From: an uncultured Chloroflexia bacterium
GTDB taxonomy: Bacteria > Chloroflexota > Limnocylindria > Limnocylindrales > CSP1-4
Reading direction: 5' to 3'
DNA length: 64,000 nucleotides
Assembly (NCBI GenBank): GCA_963719285.1
Contig: CAVRBO010000001.1
Location: forward strand, 966,918-1,030,917
The translations under genes and the position numbers were made by a program. The notes beneath the pieces are model-generated. The model was not told the origin of the DNA and ran no database searches. It was given only the letters and a program-made list of their open reading frames with translations. Positions 30,099 to 38,831 of the stretch are shown one piece after another; positions within the stretch are counted from its first letter, which is position 1, and each line of letters begins with the position of its first letter.

Positions 30099-31733
30099 TC
30101 ATCCGATGCCCCCGGTCCACAACGCGTCCTGCCAGGCGATGAGCAGCTCGCGCCGATGCTCGGGGCGATCCGGCAGGCGCAGCGGCACGTCGCGCAGGTC
30201 GACGAGCAGCCCACCCAGGCCGCCACCGACCTCGACCGAGAACTTCCGGCCGCGGGTTCCGAGCACGACGGGCTCCGAGAACGCGAATTCGGCGGTGGCG
30301 ATCTGGCCCGGCGGCAGGTCGACCAGCTGGAGCGCGCCGGGGACGAGATCGAGCTCCGAGAGGCCCGCCCCGGCCCGGATCGTCAGGCGGCCCGCGCTCC
30401 GCCCGGCACGCAGGCCCCGGGGCGAGATGACGCTGCCGAGCGGCGCCAGCAGGTCGTCCGCGAGGTCCTCCATGAGGCGCCGGCGTTGCGACTCCTCCGG
30501 CACGACCCCCAGCGGGGCGAGGAGCCGGGCGTGATCCAGGGTGAGTTGGCAGGCGGCCGGCCGGCGGATGGTGTCGGCGAGGGCCAGGGCCACCGCCGGG
30601 CCGGGGGCCACCGCGAACGCCCCGCCCGTCGCCACGATGAGATCCGGTGGTGGCAGCTCGTCGATCGCAGGGGTGGCGTCCACGAGCCGGACGAGCGCGG
30701 CCCGGGCCGCGGCCAGGCGGAGCGCGGCGCCGTCGCCGTCCGCGTCGCCCCACGGAGAGCGTCGCAGCTCGGCCAGCCGGTCGCGCATCCGGATCCGGTC
30801 CATCGCCACGGTCGACCAGGCCATCACGCCGCCCACGATCTCCTCGTCGAGCGTCTCCGGCACGAGGCCGGCGTCGGGCACGATGGCCGCCCGCCAGGTG
30901 GTCCCGCCCGGTTCGTCCGTGTCGGTCGGCGGCGTCGGCCAGGCCGCCACCCGGGCGCCCGAATCGAGGCCGATCGAGACCGTCTCCACCCGCCGGCCGA
31001 CGACACCCGCGAGGGTCGCCGTCGCCCGCACGATCCCGCCGATCGCGTCATTCGGTCGTGCCCGCAGGCGGTCCAGGAACGCGACGAGCGGGTCGTCGAG
31101 GAGACCCTCGGACCCCGGACCCGGGGCGAACAGCCGGGTGACCGGTGCGGCGCCGTCGAGCGGGTCGGCGGAGGCCGGCTGGCCGGCGCCACTCGCCAGG
31201 CCGCCGCTCGCGACGATCGTCAGCTCGGGACGCCGGTCCTCGATCGCGGCGAGGAGGGCGCCGAGCTGGCCGAGACGGCTCCGCTCGGCCCCGGCGGGCG
31301 GATCGAGCGTCCCCGCGAGCACGGCGTGGACGGCCGACCCGAGGGCGAGCCGGAGCAGCTCGAGCGGGCCGTCGCGCTCGACACTGCCCGACGAGGTGCG
31401 CCAGCCGGCGGCCGCCGCGGCCCTGACCAGCCGATCGCGGGTCGCTTCGGTGGCGGCGAGCACGGCCAGCCACGGCGGGACGGCACTCCGGGCGACGAGC
31501 CGCGGCCAGCTCGCGACAGGCCCGAGATCGGACGCGCCGATCTCCCTTCCGATGGCGGCATCCGCCGCCAGGACACGCTCGAGCAGGCGATCGAGGATCG
31601 CCTCGAGCGGGATGCCCGTCGGCAGGGCGAGGGCGCCGAGGAGGCGCCAGTGGCCGGACGCGTGCCCGACGAGCGCGGCGGACGTCGTCGCGGCGCCCTG
31701 GTCGATCGCGAAGAAGGCTCGGGGTTCGCTCAC
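30099..31733 (-). CDS. hypothetical ASKHA-fold (actin/EutA/MutL-reactivase-like) protein
   Basis: 544 aa; N-terminal AFFAIDQGAATTSAALVGH and LIVATGGAF resemble phosphate-1 and adenosine motifs of actin-like ATPases; family not resolved. Confidence 0.4.
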   Translation of the reverse strand: MSEPRAFFAIDQGAATTSAALVGHASGHWRLLGALALPTGIPLEAILDRLLERVLAADAAIGREIGASDLGPVASWPRLVARSAVPPWLAVLAATEATRDRLVRAAAAAGWRTSSGSVERDGPLELLRLALGSAVHAVLAGTLDPPAGAERSRLGQLGALLAAIEDRRPELTIVASGGLASGAGQPASADPLDGAAPVTRLFAPGPGSEGLLDDPLVAFLDRLRARPNDAIGGIVRATATLAGVVGRRVETVSIGLDSGARVAAWPTPPTDTDEPGGTTWRAAIVPDAGLVPETLDEEIVGGVMAWSTVAMDRIRMRDRLAELRRSPWGDADGDGAALRLAAARAALVRLVDATPAIDELPPPDLIVATGGAFAVAPGPAVALALADTIRRPAACQLTLDHARLLAPLGVVPEESQRRRLMEDLADDLLAPLGSVISPRGLRAGRSAGRLTIRAGAGLSELDLVPGALQLVDLPPGQIATAEFAFSEPVVLGTRGRKFSVEVGGGLGGLLVDLRDVPLRLPDRPEHRRELLIAWQDALWTGGIG

Positions 31734-31803
31734 CCGCCTATGCTACCCGCGGCACCGGGTCCGGGCCGCGGGGCAGCGGGGCGATCCGGGCCGGGCGACG
31801 CCC

Positions 31804-32094
31804 TCAGGCGTCCCAGCCGGTCTCGCCCTCGAGCTCCTCGAGGCGCTCGATCAGCTGTTCGATGCCGTCGTCGTCGGCGAGGATCTCGCTGGCGGTGGCC
31901 AGCTCGCCGCCGAAGAACCCGCGCAGGACCGGGTCGAAGAAGAGCATCGCGTTCGCGCCCAGGGGTCGATAGGGCCGGCTGGCCTGGAGAAAATGGACGG
32001 CCGGGGTCGTCAGGCCCCGCAACTGGATCTCGCGGGCGAGCTCCTCCACGAGCTCGTCGCGCTGCTCCTCGGGCGATGTCAGCGGACCGGTCAA
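31804..32094 (-). CDS. small hypothetical acidic protein (96 aa)
   Basis: ORF with ATGA-type 4-nt overlap with macro-domain gene stop; no recognisable motif. Confidence 0.35.
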   Translation of the reverse strand: MTGPLTSPEEQRDELVEELAREIQLRGLTTPAVHFLQASRPYRPLGANAMLFFDPVLRGFFGGELATASEILADDDGIEQLIERLEELEGETGWDA

Positions 32095-32633
32095 GGGGCG
32101 CTCCCGACCCGACCCGGCTCGGTCGCGGCGATGGCCGCCTCGAACGCCCGGTACGTCGCGGCGCCGCGCAGGGCGAAGATGACGTGACCCAGCGAGGGCG
32201 CGTCCGCCAGCGCCGCGCGGACCCCCGAGACCGTGATGCGCGCGGCCTCGTCGAGCGGGAAGCCACCCACGCCCGTGCCGAGCGCCGGGAACGCGATGCT
32301 CGTCACGCCGTTCTCGCGGGCGCGGTCCATCGCGCTGCGCACCGCCTCGGCGATCGCGGGGCCGCTCGTCCGCCGGTCCGCGTCGATCGAGACCGCGTGG
32401 ATGATGAAGCGGGCGGCCAGTTCACCGGCCTTGGTCACGATCGCGCCGCCGACGGGCACGGGGCCCTGGCGCACCGCCTCGAACTCGATGGCGTCCCCGC
32501 CCCGCCGCTTCAGGGCGCCGCCGACCCCGGTCGACATCCAGAGCGTCGTGCTCGCGGGGTTCACGATCGCGTCGACTTCGAGGTCGACGATATCCCCGTT
32601 CCAGCATTCGATTCGGGCGGCCACAGGCGGAAC
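32091..32633 (-). CDS. stand-alone macro domain protein (ADP-ribose/O-acetyl-ADP-ribose hydrolase-like)
   Basis: GDIVDLEVDAIVNPAS...GGVGGALKRRGG...SIAFPALGTGVGGFP macro-domain motifs; 5' end overlaps alr 3' end, start uncertain. Confidence 0.6.
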   Translation of the reverse strand, partial: VPPVAARIECWNGDIVDLEVDAIVNPASTTLWMSTGVGGALKRRGGDAIEFEAVRQGPVPVGGAIVTKAGELAARFIIHAVSIDADRRTSGPAIAEAVRSAMDRARENGVTSIAFPALGTGVGGFPLDEAARITVSGVRAALADAPSLGHVIFALRGAATYRAFEAAIAATEPGRVGSAP

Positions 32634-33880
32634 TCCTCCGTGAGCGTCCTCACACCCACCGGTACGGCCGCCGCATGGTACACCCGGGGCAACCGCCGAG
32701 CCATCTGGGTCACGACCTCCCACGTGATCGTGGTGCGCTCGTGCGCCAGCTCGGCCGCGCCGATCGCCGCGCTCCCCAGGGGTCCCGTCTGCTCGCCCAG
32801 GAGCACGAAGGCGTCGTCGACGGTCACCGGCGGCCCGGGCACGTCCGTGACGTCGGCCATGACGGCGTCCATGGCCACGGTCCCCACGAGCCGGACGCGC
32901 CGGCCCCGGACGATCGCCTCGGCGCGGTTCGAGAGGGACCGTGGCCAGCCGTCGCCATAGCCGAGCGGCAGGGTGGCGATGCGCGACGGCCGGTCGGTGG
33001 TGAAGCTCGGCCCATAGCTCAGGCCGTGGCCGGCCGGCAGGTCCGCCACGCGCACCGGCCGGGCGTGCAGGGACATGACCGGCCGCAGGGCCGTCGCGAT
33101 CGCGGCCGCCCGGGAGGCCGGGGTGGCCTCCGGCTCGCGGCCGCCTGCCGCCGGGTCGTCGCCGGCCGCCACGTGATCGTCCGGTACGAGCCCGTACAGC
33201 CCGAGCCCGAGGCGCACCCGCTCGTAGGCGGGCACGGTCGCGGCGAGGAGGGCGCCGGTGGCGGCGAGGTGGCGGATCGGCCGGCTTTCGCCGGGCCAGG
33301 CCGCCGCGACGGCCGTGTCGAAGGTGGCGACCTGGCGGCCGGTGCGTCCGGCGTCACCCGGGGCCGCGAGATGCGACCAGACCCCGGCGAGCTCGACGCC
33401 GGGCGTCGCCCGGATCGCCGCGACCGCAGCCGGCAGGTCGGCCGGGGCGATGCCCGCGCGGCCAAGGCCGGTCTCGACCTCGAGCTGGACGACGAGCGGC
33501 GGGGCGGCGGCGGCGCCGATCGCCCTGCGCGCGGCCAGCGTCCGCTGGAGCAGGGTCGTGTCCGCCGCCGTGATGGCGAGCCGGGCGGCGAGTGCGGCCG
33601 CCACACCATCGGGCGGGATCGCGTACAGGACGAGGATGGGCACGCCGACGCCGACGGCCCGCAGCTCGAGGCCCTCGTCGAGCGTGGCGACGCATAGCCC
33701 GGTGGCACCGGCCCGCTCCAGCCATGGCCCGATCATGGTGGCTCCGTGGCCGTACGCGTCGGCCTTCACGACGGGCTCGACGCGGACGCCCGGGGGCAGC
33801 AGGGCACGGACGGACGCGAGGTTGGCGTCGAGGCGATCGAGATCGATCTCGAGCCAGGCGGTCCGCGGCAGACGCGGCAG
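32561..33880 (-). CDS. alr: alanine racemase
   Basis: PLP-lysine motif MKADAYGHGA and C-terminal ...QMARRLPRVY; carries an extra about 40-aa C-terminal tail; start approximate. Confidence 0.75.
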   Translation of the reverse strand: MPRLPRTAWLEIDLDRLDANLASVRALLPPGVRVEPVVKADAYGHGATMIGPWLERAGATGLCVATLDEGLELRAVGVGVPILVLYAIPPDGVAAALAARLAITAADTTLLQRTLAARRAIGAAAAPPLVVQLEVETGLGRAGIAPADLPAAVAAIRATPGVELAGVWSHLAAPGDAGRTGRQVATFDTAVAAAWPGESRPIRHLAATGALLAATVPAYERVRLGLGLYGLVPDDHVAAGDDPAAGGREPEATPASRAAAIATALRPVMSLHARPVRVADLPAGHGLSYGPSFTTDRPSRIATLPLGYGDGWPRSLSNRAEAIVRGRRVRLVGTVAMDAVMADVTDVPGPPVTVDDAFVLLGEQTGPLGSAAIGAAELAHERTTITWEVVTQMARRLPRVYHAAAVPVGVRTLTEEFRLWPPESNAGTGISSTSKSTRS

Positions 33881-33915
33881 TCCGGCCGCGGCCAGGCGTG
33901 CCTCGATCGGCAGGC

Positions 33916-35070
33916 TCAGGAGGGGGCTCCCGGCCCGACCTCTGGGGCGGTATCGCCCGGACCCTCGCCGGTGCCCGTCCCGGAGCCGGGGCCGACGACC
34001 TTCGGCCGGATCTCACCAGCCACCGCGAATCCGAGGCGCCGATCGCGCCGGTTCCGCTCGGCGAGGTCGGCCAGGCGGTGGCGGGCGAGGGCGATCTCGA
34101 TCGGCAGGTCGGAGGCGATGAGCCCGGCATCGCCCAGGCGCTCCCGGACCGCGTCGCCGGCGAGGCCGTGCAGGTAGACCCCCAGGCACGCCGCGTCGAA
34201 CGGACGCAGGCCCTGGGCGAGCAGGGAGCCGATGGCTCCCGCCAGCACGTCGCCGGTCCCGCCGGTCGCGAGGGCCGGGTTCTCGAACGGCGCCACGGCA
34301 ACTTCCCCGGTCCCGGATGCGATCACCGTCCGGGCGCCCTTGAGCACGACGACATGGCCCCACTCGAGCGCCGCCGCCGCAGCCGCCTGCGCCCGGGCCG
34401 GATCGTCGTCGACGAGGTCGCCGTCCTCGTCCGGTGCGTGGCCGCTGCCCGCGCGCAGGCGCCGGAACTCGCCGACGTGCGGGGTCAGGACGGCCGGCCG
34501 GCGGACGCCGTCCCACCAGTTGTCCGTGGAAGCGAGCCCGCGCAGGGCCTCGGCGTCGAGCACGATCGGCGCGGCCGACGGCTCCTCCGCCGCGACGAGC
34601 AGGTCCTCGATGAACGCCCGGGTCGCCAGGCCGGGCCGCAGTCCCGGACCCACGACGATCGCGTCGTGCTCGTGGTCGAGGATCCGGGTCAGGGCGTCCT
34701 CGGGCTCGAGCTCCTCCACGTCATCCTCGGGCAGGCCCATCGTCGTCGCCTCGACGACCTTGGCCGCGAAGAGTGGCTGGAGCGATTCGGGGACCGCGAG
34801 GGTCACGAGACCGGCCCCGGTCCGTGCCGCGGACGAGCAGACCAGGAACGCGGCGCCAGCGTAGTCGAGCGAGCCGGCGAGCACGAGGAGCTTGCCGAAC
34901 GAGCCTTTGTGGCCTCGCTCGGCCCGGTCCGGCAGGAGGGCGGCGGCGGCGTCGTCGCCGAGTTCGATGAGACCGGGCACGGCCGGCAGCGCGGGTCCGC
35001 CGCCGGTTCCCGCCGTCGGCGTGGCGCTGCCGCCGGTGGACCGGCCGAACCCGACGGCGCGCTCAGGCAC
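33916..35070 (-). CDS. nnrD: ADP-dependent NAD(P)H-hydrate dehydratase (YjeF C-terminal domain only)
   Basis: GHKGSFGKLLVLAGS and GTGDVLAGAIGSLLAQG carbohydrate-kinase-like motifs; no YjeF_N epimerase domain upstream (acpS abuts). Confidence 0.7.
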   Translation of the reverse strand: MPERAVGFGRSTGGSATPTAGTGGGPALPAVPGLIELGDDAAAALLPDRAERGHKGSFGKLLVLAGSLDYAGAAFLVCSSAARTGAGLVTLAVPESLQPLFAAKVVEATTMGLPEDDVEELEPEDALTRILDHEHDAIVVGPGLRPGLATRAFIEDLLVAAEEPSAAPIVLDAEALRGLASTDNWWDGVRRPAVLTPHVGEFRRLRAGSGHAPDEDGDLVDDDPARAQAAAAAALEWGHVVVLKGARTVIASGTGEVAVAPFENPALATGGTGDVLAGAIGSLLAQGLRPFDAACLGVYLHGLAGDAVRERLGDAGLIASDLPIEIALARHRLADLAERNRRDRRLGFAVAGEIRPKVVGPGSGTGTGEGPGDTAPEVGPGAPS

Positions 35071-35605
35071 GGGTCTCGGCCTCGGCGAGCGCCTGCAGGC
35101 GAGCGATGCGGTCGAGGATCCGGCGCTCTCGGTCGTCGAGCCGCGCCTCGATGTCGAGCGGGAAGACGTAGGCGCCCGCCGTCGTGCGGACGCCGAACGC
35201 GATGGCGACCGCGTAGTCCAATTCGTGACTGATCGAGACAGCCACCCGGCCCATCCCGAGTTGGGTCGCCCGGGCCGCGGCCCGGCCGTGGAGCCGCACC
35301 GACGGCTGGCCCGTCGGCAGGCGTTCGATCTCGATGTCGCGCCAGCCGATGCCCCGGACGCCCAGGCCGAGGACCTTCGAGACGGCCTCCTTGGCCGCCC
35401 AGCGCCCGGCCATCGTCTCCGGGCGCCCGCGGACGTGGCGCTGCTCGTGCGGGGTCAGGACGCGCTTCGTGAAGCGGTCGCCGAACCTCGCCAGGGACGC
35501 GGCGATGCGCTCCACCTTGATGATGTCGATGCCGAGCTCGGTCGTGCCCGGGGGCACGAGGCCCGGCGGCGATGCCGGGTCGACCCGTTCGTCGGGGGCG
35601 GTCAT
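35063..35605 (-). CDS. acpS: holo-[acyl-carrier-protein] synthase with C-terminal extension
   Basis: GIDIIKVERI...WAAKEAVSKVLG 4'-phosphopantetheinyl transferase motifs from internal ATG (MTAPDERV); about 50-aa extra C-terminal tail. Confidence 0.65.
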   Translation of the reverse strand: MTAPDERVDPASPPGLVPPGTTELGIDIIKVERIAASLARFGDRFTKRVLTPHEQRHVRGRPETMAGRWAAKEAVSKVLGLGVRGIGWRDIEIERLPTGQPSVRLHGRAAARATQLGMGRVAVSISHELDYAVAIAFGVRTTAGAYVFPLDIEARLDDRERRILDRIARLQALAEAETRA

Positions 35606-35619
35606 CGGGCCCGGCCGGG

Positions 35620-37449
35620 CTACTCGACCGTCACTGACTTGGCGAGGTTGCGCGGCTGGTCCACGTCCGTGCCGCGAGCCACCGCCATGTGGTAGGCGAA
35701 GAGCTGGAGCGGGATGACCGCCAGCACCGGGCTCAGGACCTCGTGCGTGTCGGGCACCCAGCAGACCTCGTCGGCGAAGCGCTCGATCTGCTCGTCGCCC
35801 TCGGACGCGACCGCGATGACCCGGGCGTCGCGGGCCCGGCCCTCCATCACGTTGCTGATGATCTTCTCGTAGACCGACGAGCGGGTGGCCACGGCCACGA
35901 GCGGGCATTCGGCGTCGAGCAGGCTGATGGGGCCGTGTTTGAGCTCACCGGCCGCGTAACCCTCGGCGTGGATGTAGCTGACTTCCTTGAGCTTGAGCGC
36001 GCCCTCCATGGCCGCCGGGTAGGTGTAGCCCCGACCCACGAACATGAAGCCCCTGGAGTTCACGTAGCGGCGGGCGAGGAAGGCCGCTCCGGCGGCATTG
36101 TCGAGCGCCTTCTGGGCCGCGTCGGGGAGGGCCCGGAGGGCGCTCCCGAGCTCCATCTCGGCCTCTTCGCTGAAGGTGCCCCGGGTCTTCGCGATCGCGG
36201 CCGCGAGGATCACGAGGGTCGTCACCTGGGTCACGAACGTCTTCGACGCCGCGACCGCGATCTCCGGCCCTGCCTGCAGGAACAGGACCGCGTCGGCCTC
36301 GCGGGTGATCGCCGATCCGACCGTGTTGGTCACCGCGATGACCGGGCAGCCACGCTCGCGGGCGAGGCGGGTCGGGGCGATGGTGTCGGCCGTCTCACCG
36401 GACTGGGTCACGGCGATGACGAGGGTGCGCGCGTCGAGCGGTGGCGGCGCATAGCGGAACTCCGAGCCCACGTTCGCCCGTGCCGGCAGGCCGGTCCAGT
36501 CCTGGAGCGCGGCCGCGCCGACGAGCGAGGCGTAGTACGCGCTGCCGCAGGCGATGAGCTCGATCCGGTCGATCTCGCCGAGCGTCTTCGCGAGCGAGGC
36601 GATCTCGTCGACCTCGATCCGGCAGTCGCGGGTGACCCGGCCGGTGATGGCCGCCCGGAGCGCCAGCGGCTGCTCGTGCATCTCCTTGAGCATGAAATGG
36701 TCGAACCCGCCCTTTTCGGCGGCCTCGAGCGACCACTCGATCCGGGAGACCACGCGCTCACGGGGGGCGCCGTCGACGCCGGTGATCTCGACGCCGGAGG
36801 GATGGAGGTCGACCACATCGCCCTCCTCGAGGAAGATCACCCGGTCCGTGTGGGCCAGGATCGCGGCGACGTCGCTGGCGAGGAAGGTCTCGCCGTCCCC
36901 GATGCCGACGACGAGGGGCACGTTCATCCGGGCGCCGATGAGCCGGTCGTTCTCGCCCTGGTGCATGACCGCGAGGGCGTACGCGCCGTCGACCTGGCGG
37001 AGGGCGACCCGGGTCGCCTCGGCGATGTCGCCGGCGTAGGCCTCCTCGATGAGGTGGGCGATCGCTTCCGTATCGGTGTCTGAGCTGAGGCGGTGGCCGC
37101 GCTCGGCGAGGCCGTCGCGGAGCTCGCGGAAGTTCTCGATGATCCCGTTGTGGATGACCGTGATCCGGCCCGAGCAGTCGATGTGGGGGTGGGCGTTCAG
37201 GTCGTTCGGCCGGCCGTGGGTCGCCCAGCGGGTGTGGGCCAGACCGATGGCGGCGTGCGGGGTCCGGTCGGCGATCGCCGTCTGGAGGTTCACGAGCTTG
37301 CCGGCCCGCTTCTCGACGAACATGTCGCCGCGCTCATCGACGAGGGCGATCCCGGCCGAGTCGTAGCCGCGGTACTCGAGCCGCTTGAGCCCCTCGATGA
37401 GGATGGGTCCCGCCTCGCGAGGTCCCGTGTACCCGACGATCCCGCACAT
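35620..37449 (-). CDS. glmS: glutamine--fructose-6-phosphate aminotransferase
   Basis: MCGIVGYTG Ntn-amidotransferase start, two SIS domains, C-terminal ...KSVTVE. Confidence 0.9.
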   Translation of the reverse strand: MCGIVGYTGPREAGPILIEGLKRLEYRGYDSAGIALVDERGDMFVEKRAGKLVNLQTAIADRTPHAAIGLAHTRWATHGRPNDLNAHPHIDCSGRITVIHNGIIENFRELRDGLAERGHRLSSDTDTEAIAHLIEEAYAGDIAEATRVALRQVDGAYALAVMHQGENDRLIGARMNVPLVVGIGDGETFLASDVAAILAHTDRVIFLEEGDVVDLHPSGVEITGVDGAPRERVVSRIEWSLEAAEKGGFDHFMLKEMHEQPLALRAAITGRVTRDCRIEVDEIASLAKTLGEIDRIELIACGSAYYASLVGAAALQDWTGLPARANVGSEFRYAPPPLDARTLVIAVTQSGETADTIAPTRLARERGCPVIAVTNTVGSAITREADAVLFLQAGPEIAVAASKTFVTQVTTLVILAAAIAKTRGTFSEEAEMELGSALRALPDAAQKALDNAAGAAFLARRYVNSRGFMFVGRGYTYPAAMEGALKLKEVSYIHAEGYAAGELKHGPISLLDAECPLVAVATRSSVYEKIISNVMEGRARDARVIAVASEGDEQIERFADEVCWVPDTHEVLSPVLAVIPLQLFAYHMAVARGTDVDQPRNLAKSVTVE

Positions 37450-37497
37450 CCTGGTGTGTCTCCTCGCGAACCCCGCGAAGGCGCGCCGGGGGTCGGG

Positions 37498-38829
37498 TCA
37501 GTTTAGTCGTTCTCCGGCCAGGGCGGCCAAACGATCGGCCAATTCGACGACTAGTGGTGCGTCGGCGCCCTCGACCATCACCCGCAGCGCCGGTTCGGTC
37601 CCGGATGGGCGGACGAGGATCCGGCCGCCCGGGCCCAGGCGCGAGCGGGCCTCCCGGATCGCGCTCTGGAGGACGCTGTCGCCCTCCCACTGGTCCCGAT
37701 GACGGGCGGGCACGGCCCGCTGTTGCTGGGGCAGCATCGGGATCTCGGACGCGAGATCGCGGATGGCCTTGCCCTTGCCGGCCATCACCCGCAGGACCTC
37801 GAGCGCGGTGACGACACCGTCCCCGGACGTGGTGTGCTCGAGCACGATCACGTGGCCGCTCTTCTCGCCGCCGAGGGACGAGCCGCTCACCTGCATCCCC
37901 TCGAGGATGTACTTGTCGCCGACCGGGGTCCGGACGATCCGGCCACCGGCCGCCTCGACGACCGTCTGCAGCCCGCCGTTCGACAGGACCGACACGACGA
38001 GCCCGCCGTTCGGCAGCGCCCCCCGCGCCAGCCGGTCCAGGGCGAGGATGCCGAGGACCTGGTCGCCGTCCACGATCGCGCCCGCGGCGTCGACCGCGAT
38101 GAGCCGGTCCGCGTCGCCGTCGAGGGCGAACCCGACATCGGCGCCGCGGGCGACGACCTCGGCCGCAAGGGCGGCGGGCGCGGTCGCGCCGGCCTTCACG
38201 TTGATGTTCACGCCGTCCGGGTCGTTGTGGATGACGTCGACGCTGGCGCCGGTGGCGGCGATGATCTCCGGGCCGACCACGCCGCCGGACCCGTTGGCAC
38301 AGTCGAGGACGATCCGGACGTCCGTCGAGATCGTGCGGGCGAGGGCGAGGCGCGAGGCGCGGTAGCGCTCGAGGAGCGCGCGCGCGTCATGGATCCGGCC
38401 GAGCCCGGCGTTGCCGAGGCCGGCGAGCTCCTCGGACCGCCAGATGAGCGCCTCGAGCTCGTCCTCGATGTCGTCGTCGAGCTTGAGCCCCCGCCGATCG
38501 AGGACCTTGAGCCCGTTGTCGTCGGCCGGGTTGTGCGAGGCGGAGACCATGATCCCGGCCGCGAACTCGCCCTGACCGGCGAGGAACGCGAGGGCCGGGG
38601 TGGGCACGACGCCGACCTGGTGGACGTCCACGCCCATGCTCGTGGCGCCGGCCGAGATGGCCGCCACGAACATGTCGCACGAGCGACGCGTGTCCTGGCC
38701 CACGACGAGCGCGCCGCCCACGCCGATGAGCCGATGGGCCGTCGCCCGGCCGAGCGCGTAGGCGATGGTCGGCTTCAGGTCCACGTTCGCGACGCCGCGG
38801 ATCCCGTCGGTTCCGAACAGTCGGGCCAT
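37498..38829 (-). CDS. glmM: phosphoglucosamine mutase
   Basis: MARLFGTDGIRGVAN and SASHNPADDNG phosphoserine motif. Confidence 0.9.
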   Translation of the reverse strand: MARLFGTDGIRGVANVDLKPTIAYALGRATAHRLIGVGGALVVGQDTRRSCDMFVAAISAGATSMGVDVHQVGVVPTPALAFLAGQGEFAAGIMVSASHNPADDNGLKVLDRRGLKLDDDIEDELEALIWRSEELAGLGNAGLGRIHDARALLERYRASRLALARTISTDVRIVLDCANGSGGVVGPEIIAATGASVDVIHNDPDGVNINVKAGATAPAALAAEVVARGADVGFALDGDADRLIAVDAAGAIVDGDQVLGILALDRLARGALPNGGLVVSVLSNGGLQTVVEAAGGRIVRTPVGDKYILEGMQVSGSSLGGEKSGHVIVLEHTTSGDGVVTALEVLRVMAGKGKAIRDLASEIPMLPQQQRAVPARHRDQWEGDSVLQSAIREARSRLGPGGRILVRPSGTEPALRVMVEGADAPLVVELADRLAALAGERLN

Positions 38830-38831
38830 CG

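Noticed and set aside
31804-32633. DarT/DarG-like toxin-antitoxin pair (macro domain plus small partner)
   Set aside because: The macro protein is short and stand-alone (no DarG C-terminal domain). The 96-aa partner is acidic and far too small for a DarT-type (about 200-aa) ADP-ribosyltransferase.
29022-32960. 1312-aa plus-strand ORF (also 10463-13330, 955 aa, and 20269-21855, 528 aa, among others)
   Set aside because: Antisense to genes with clear family signatures (alr, macro domain, ppdK, CNNM). Low-complexity R/G/A/P-rich translations typical of GC3-biased antisense frames; no motifs.
33354-34301. 315-aa ORF overlapping nnr and alr; possible missing YjeF N-terminal epimerase domain
   Set aside because: Arg/Pro-rich off-frame translation with no NAD(P)H-hydrate epimerase motifs. 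acpS abuts the nnr start, so the dehydratase-only gene model is retained.
37450-37497. glmS ribozyme/riboswitch upstream of glmS
   Set aside because: Only 48 nt separate glmM and glmS, too short for the ribozyme; glmS appears co-transcribed with glmM.
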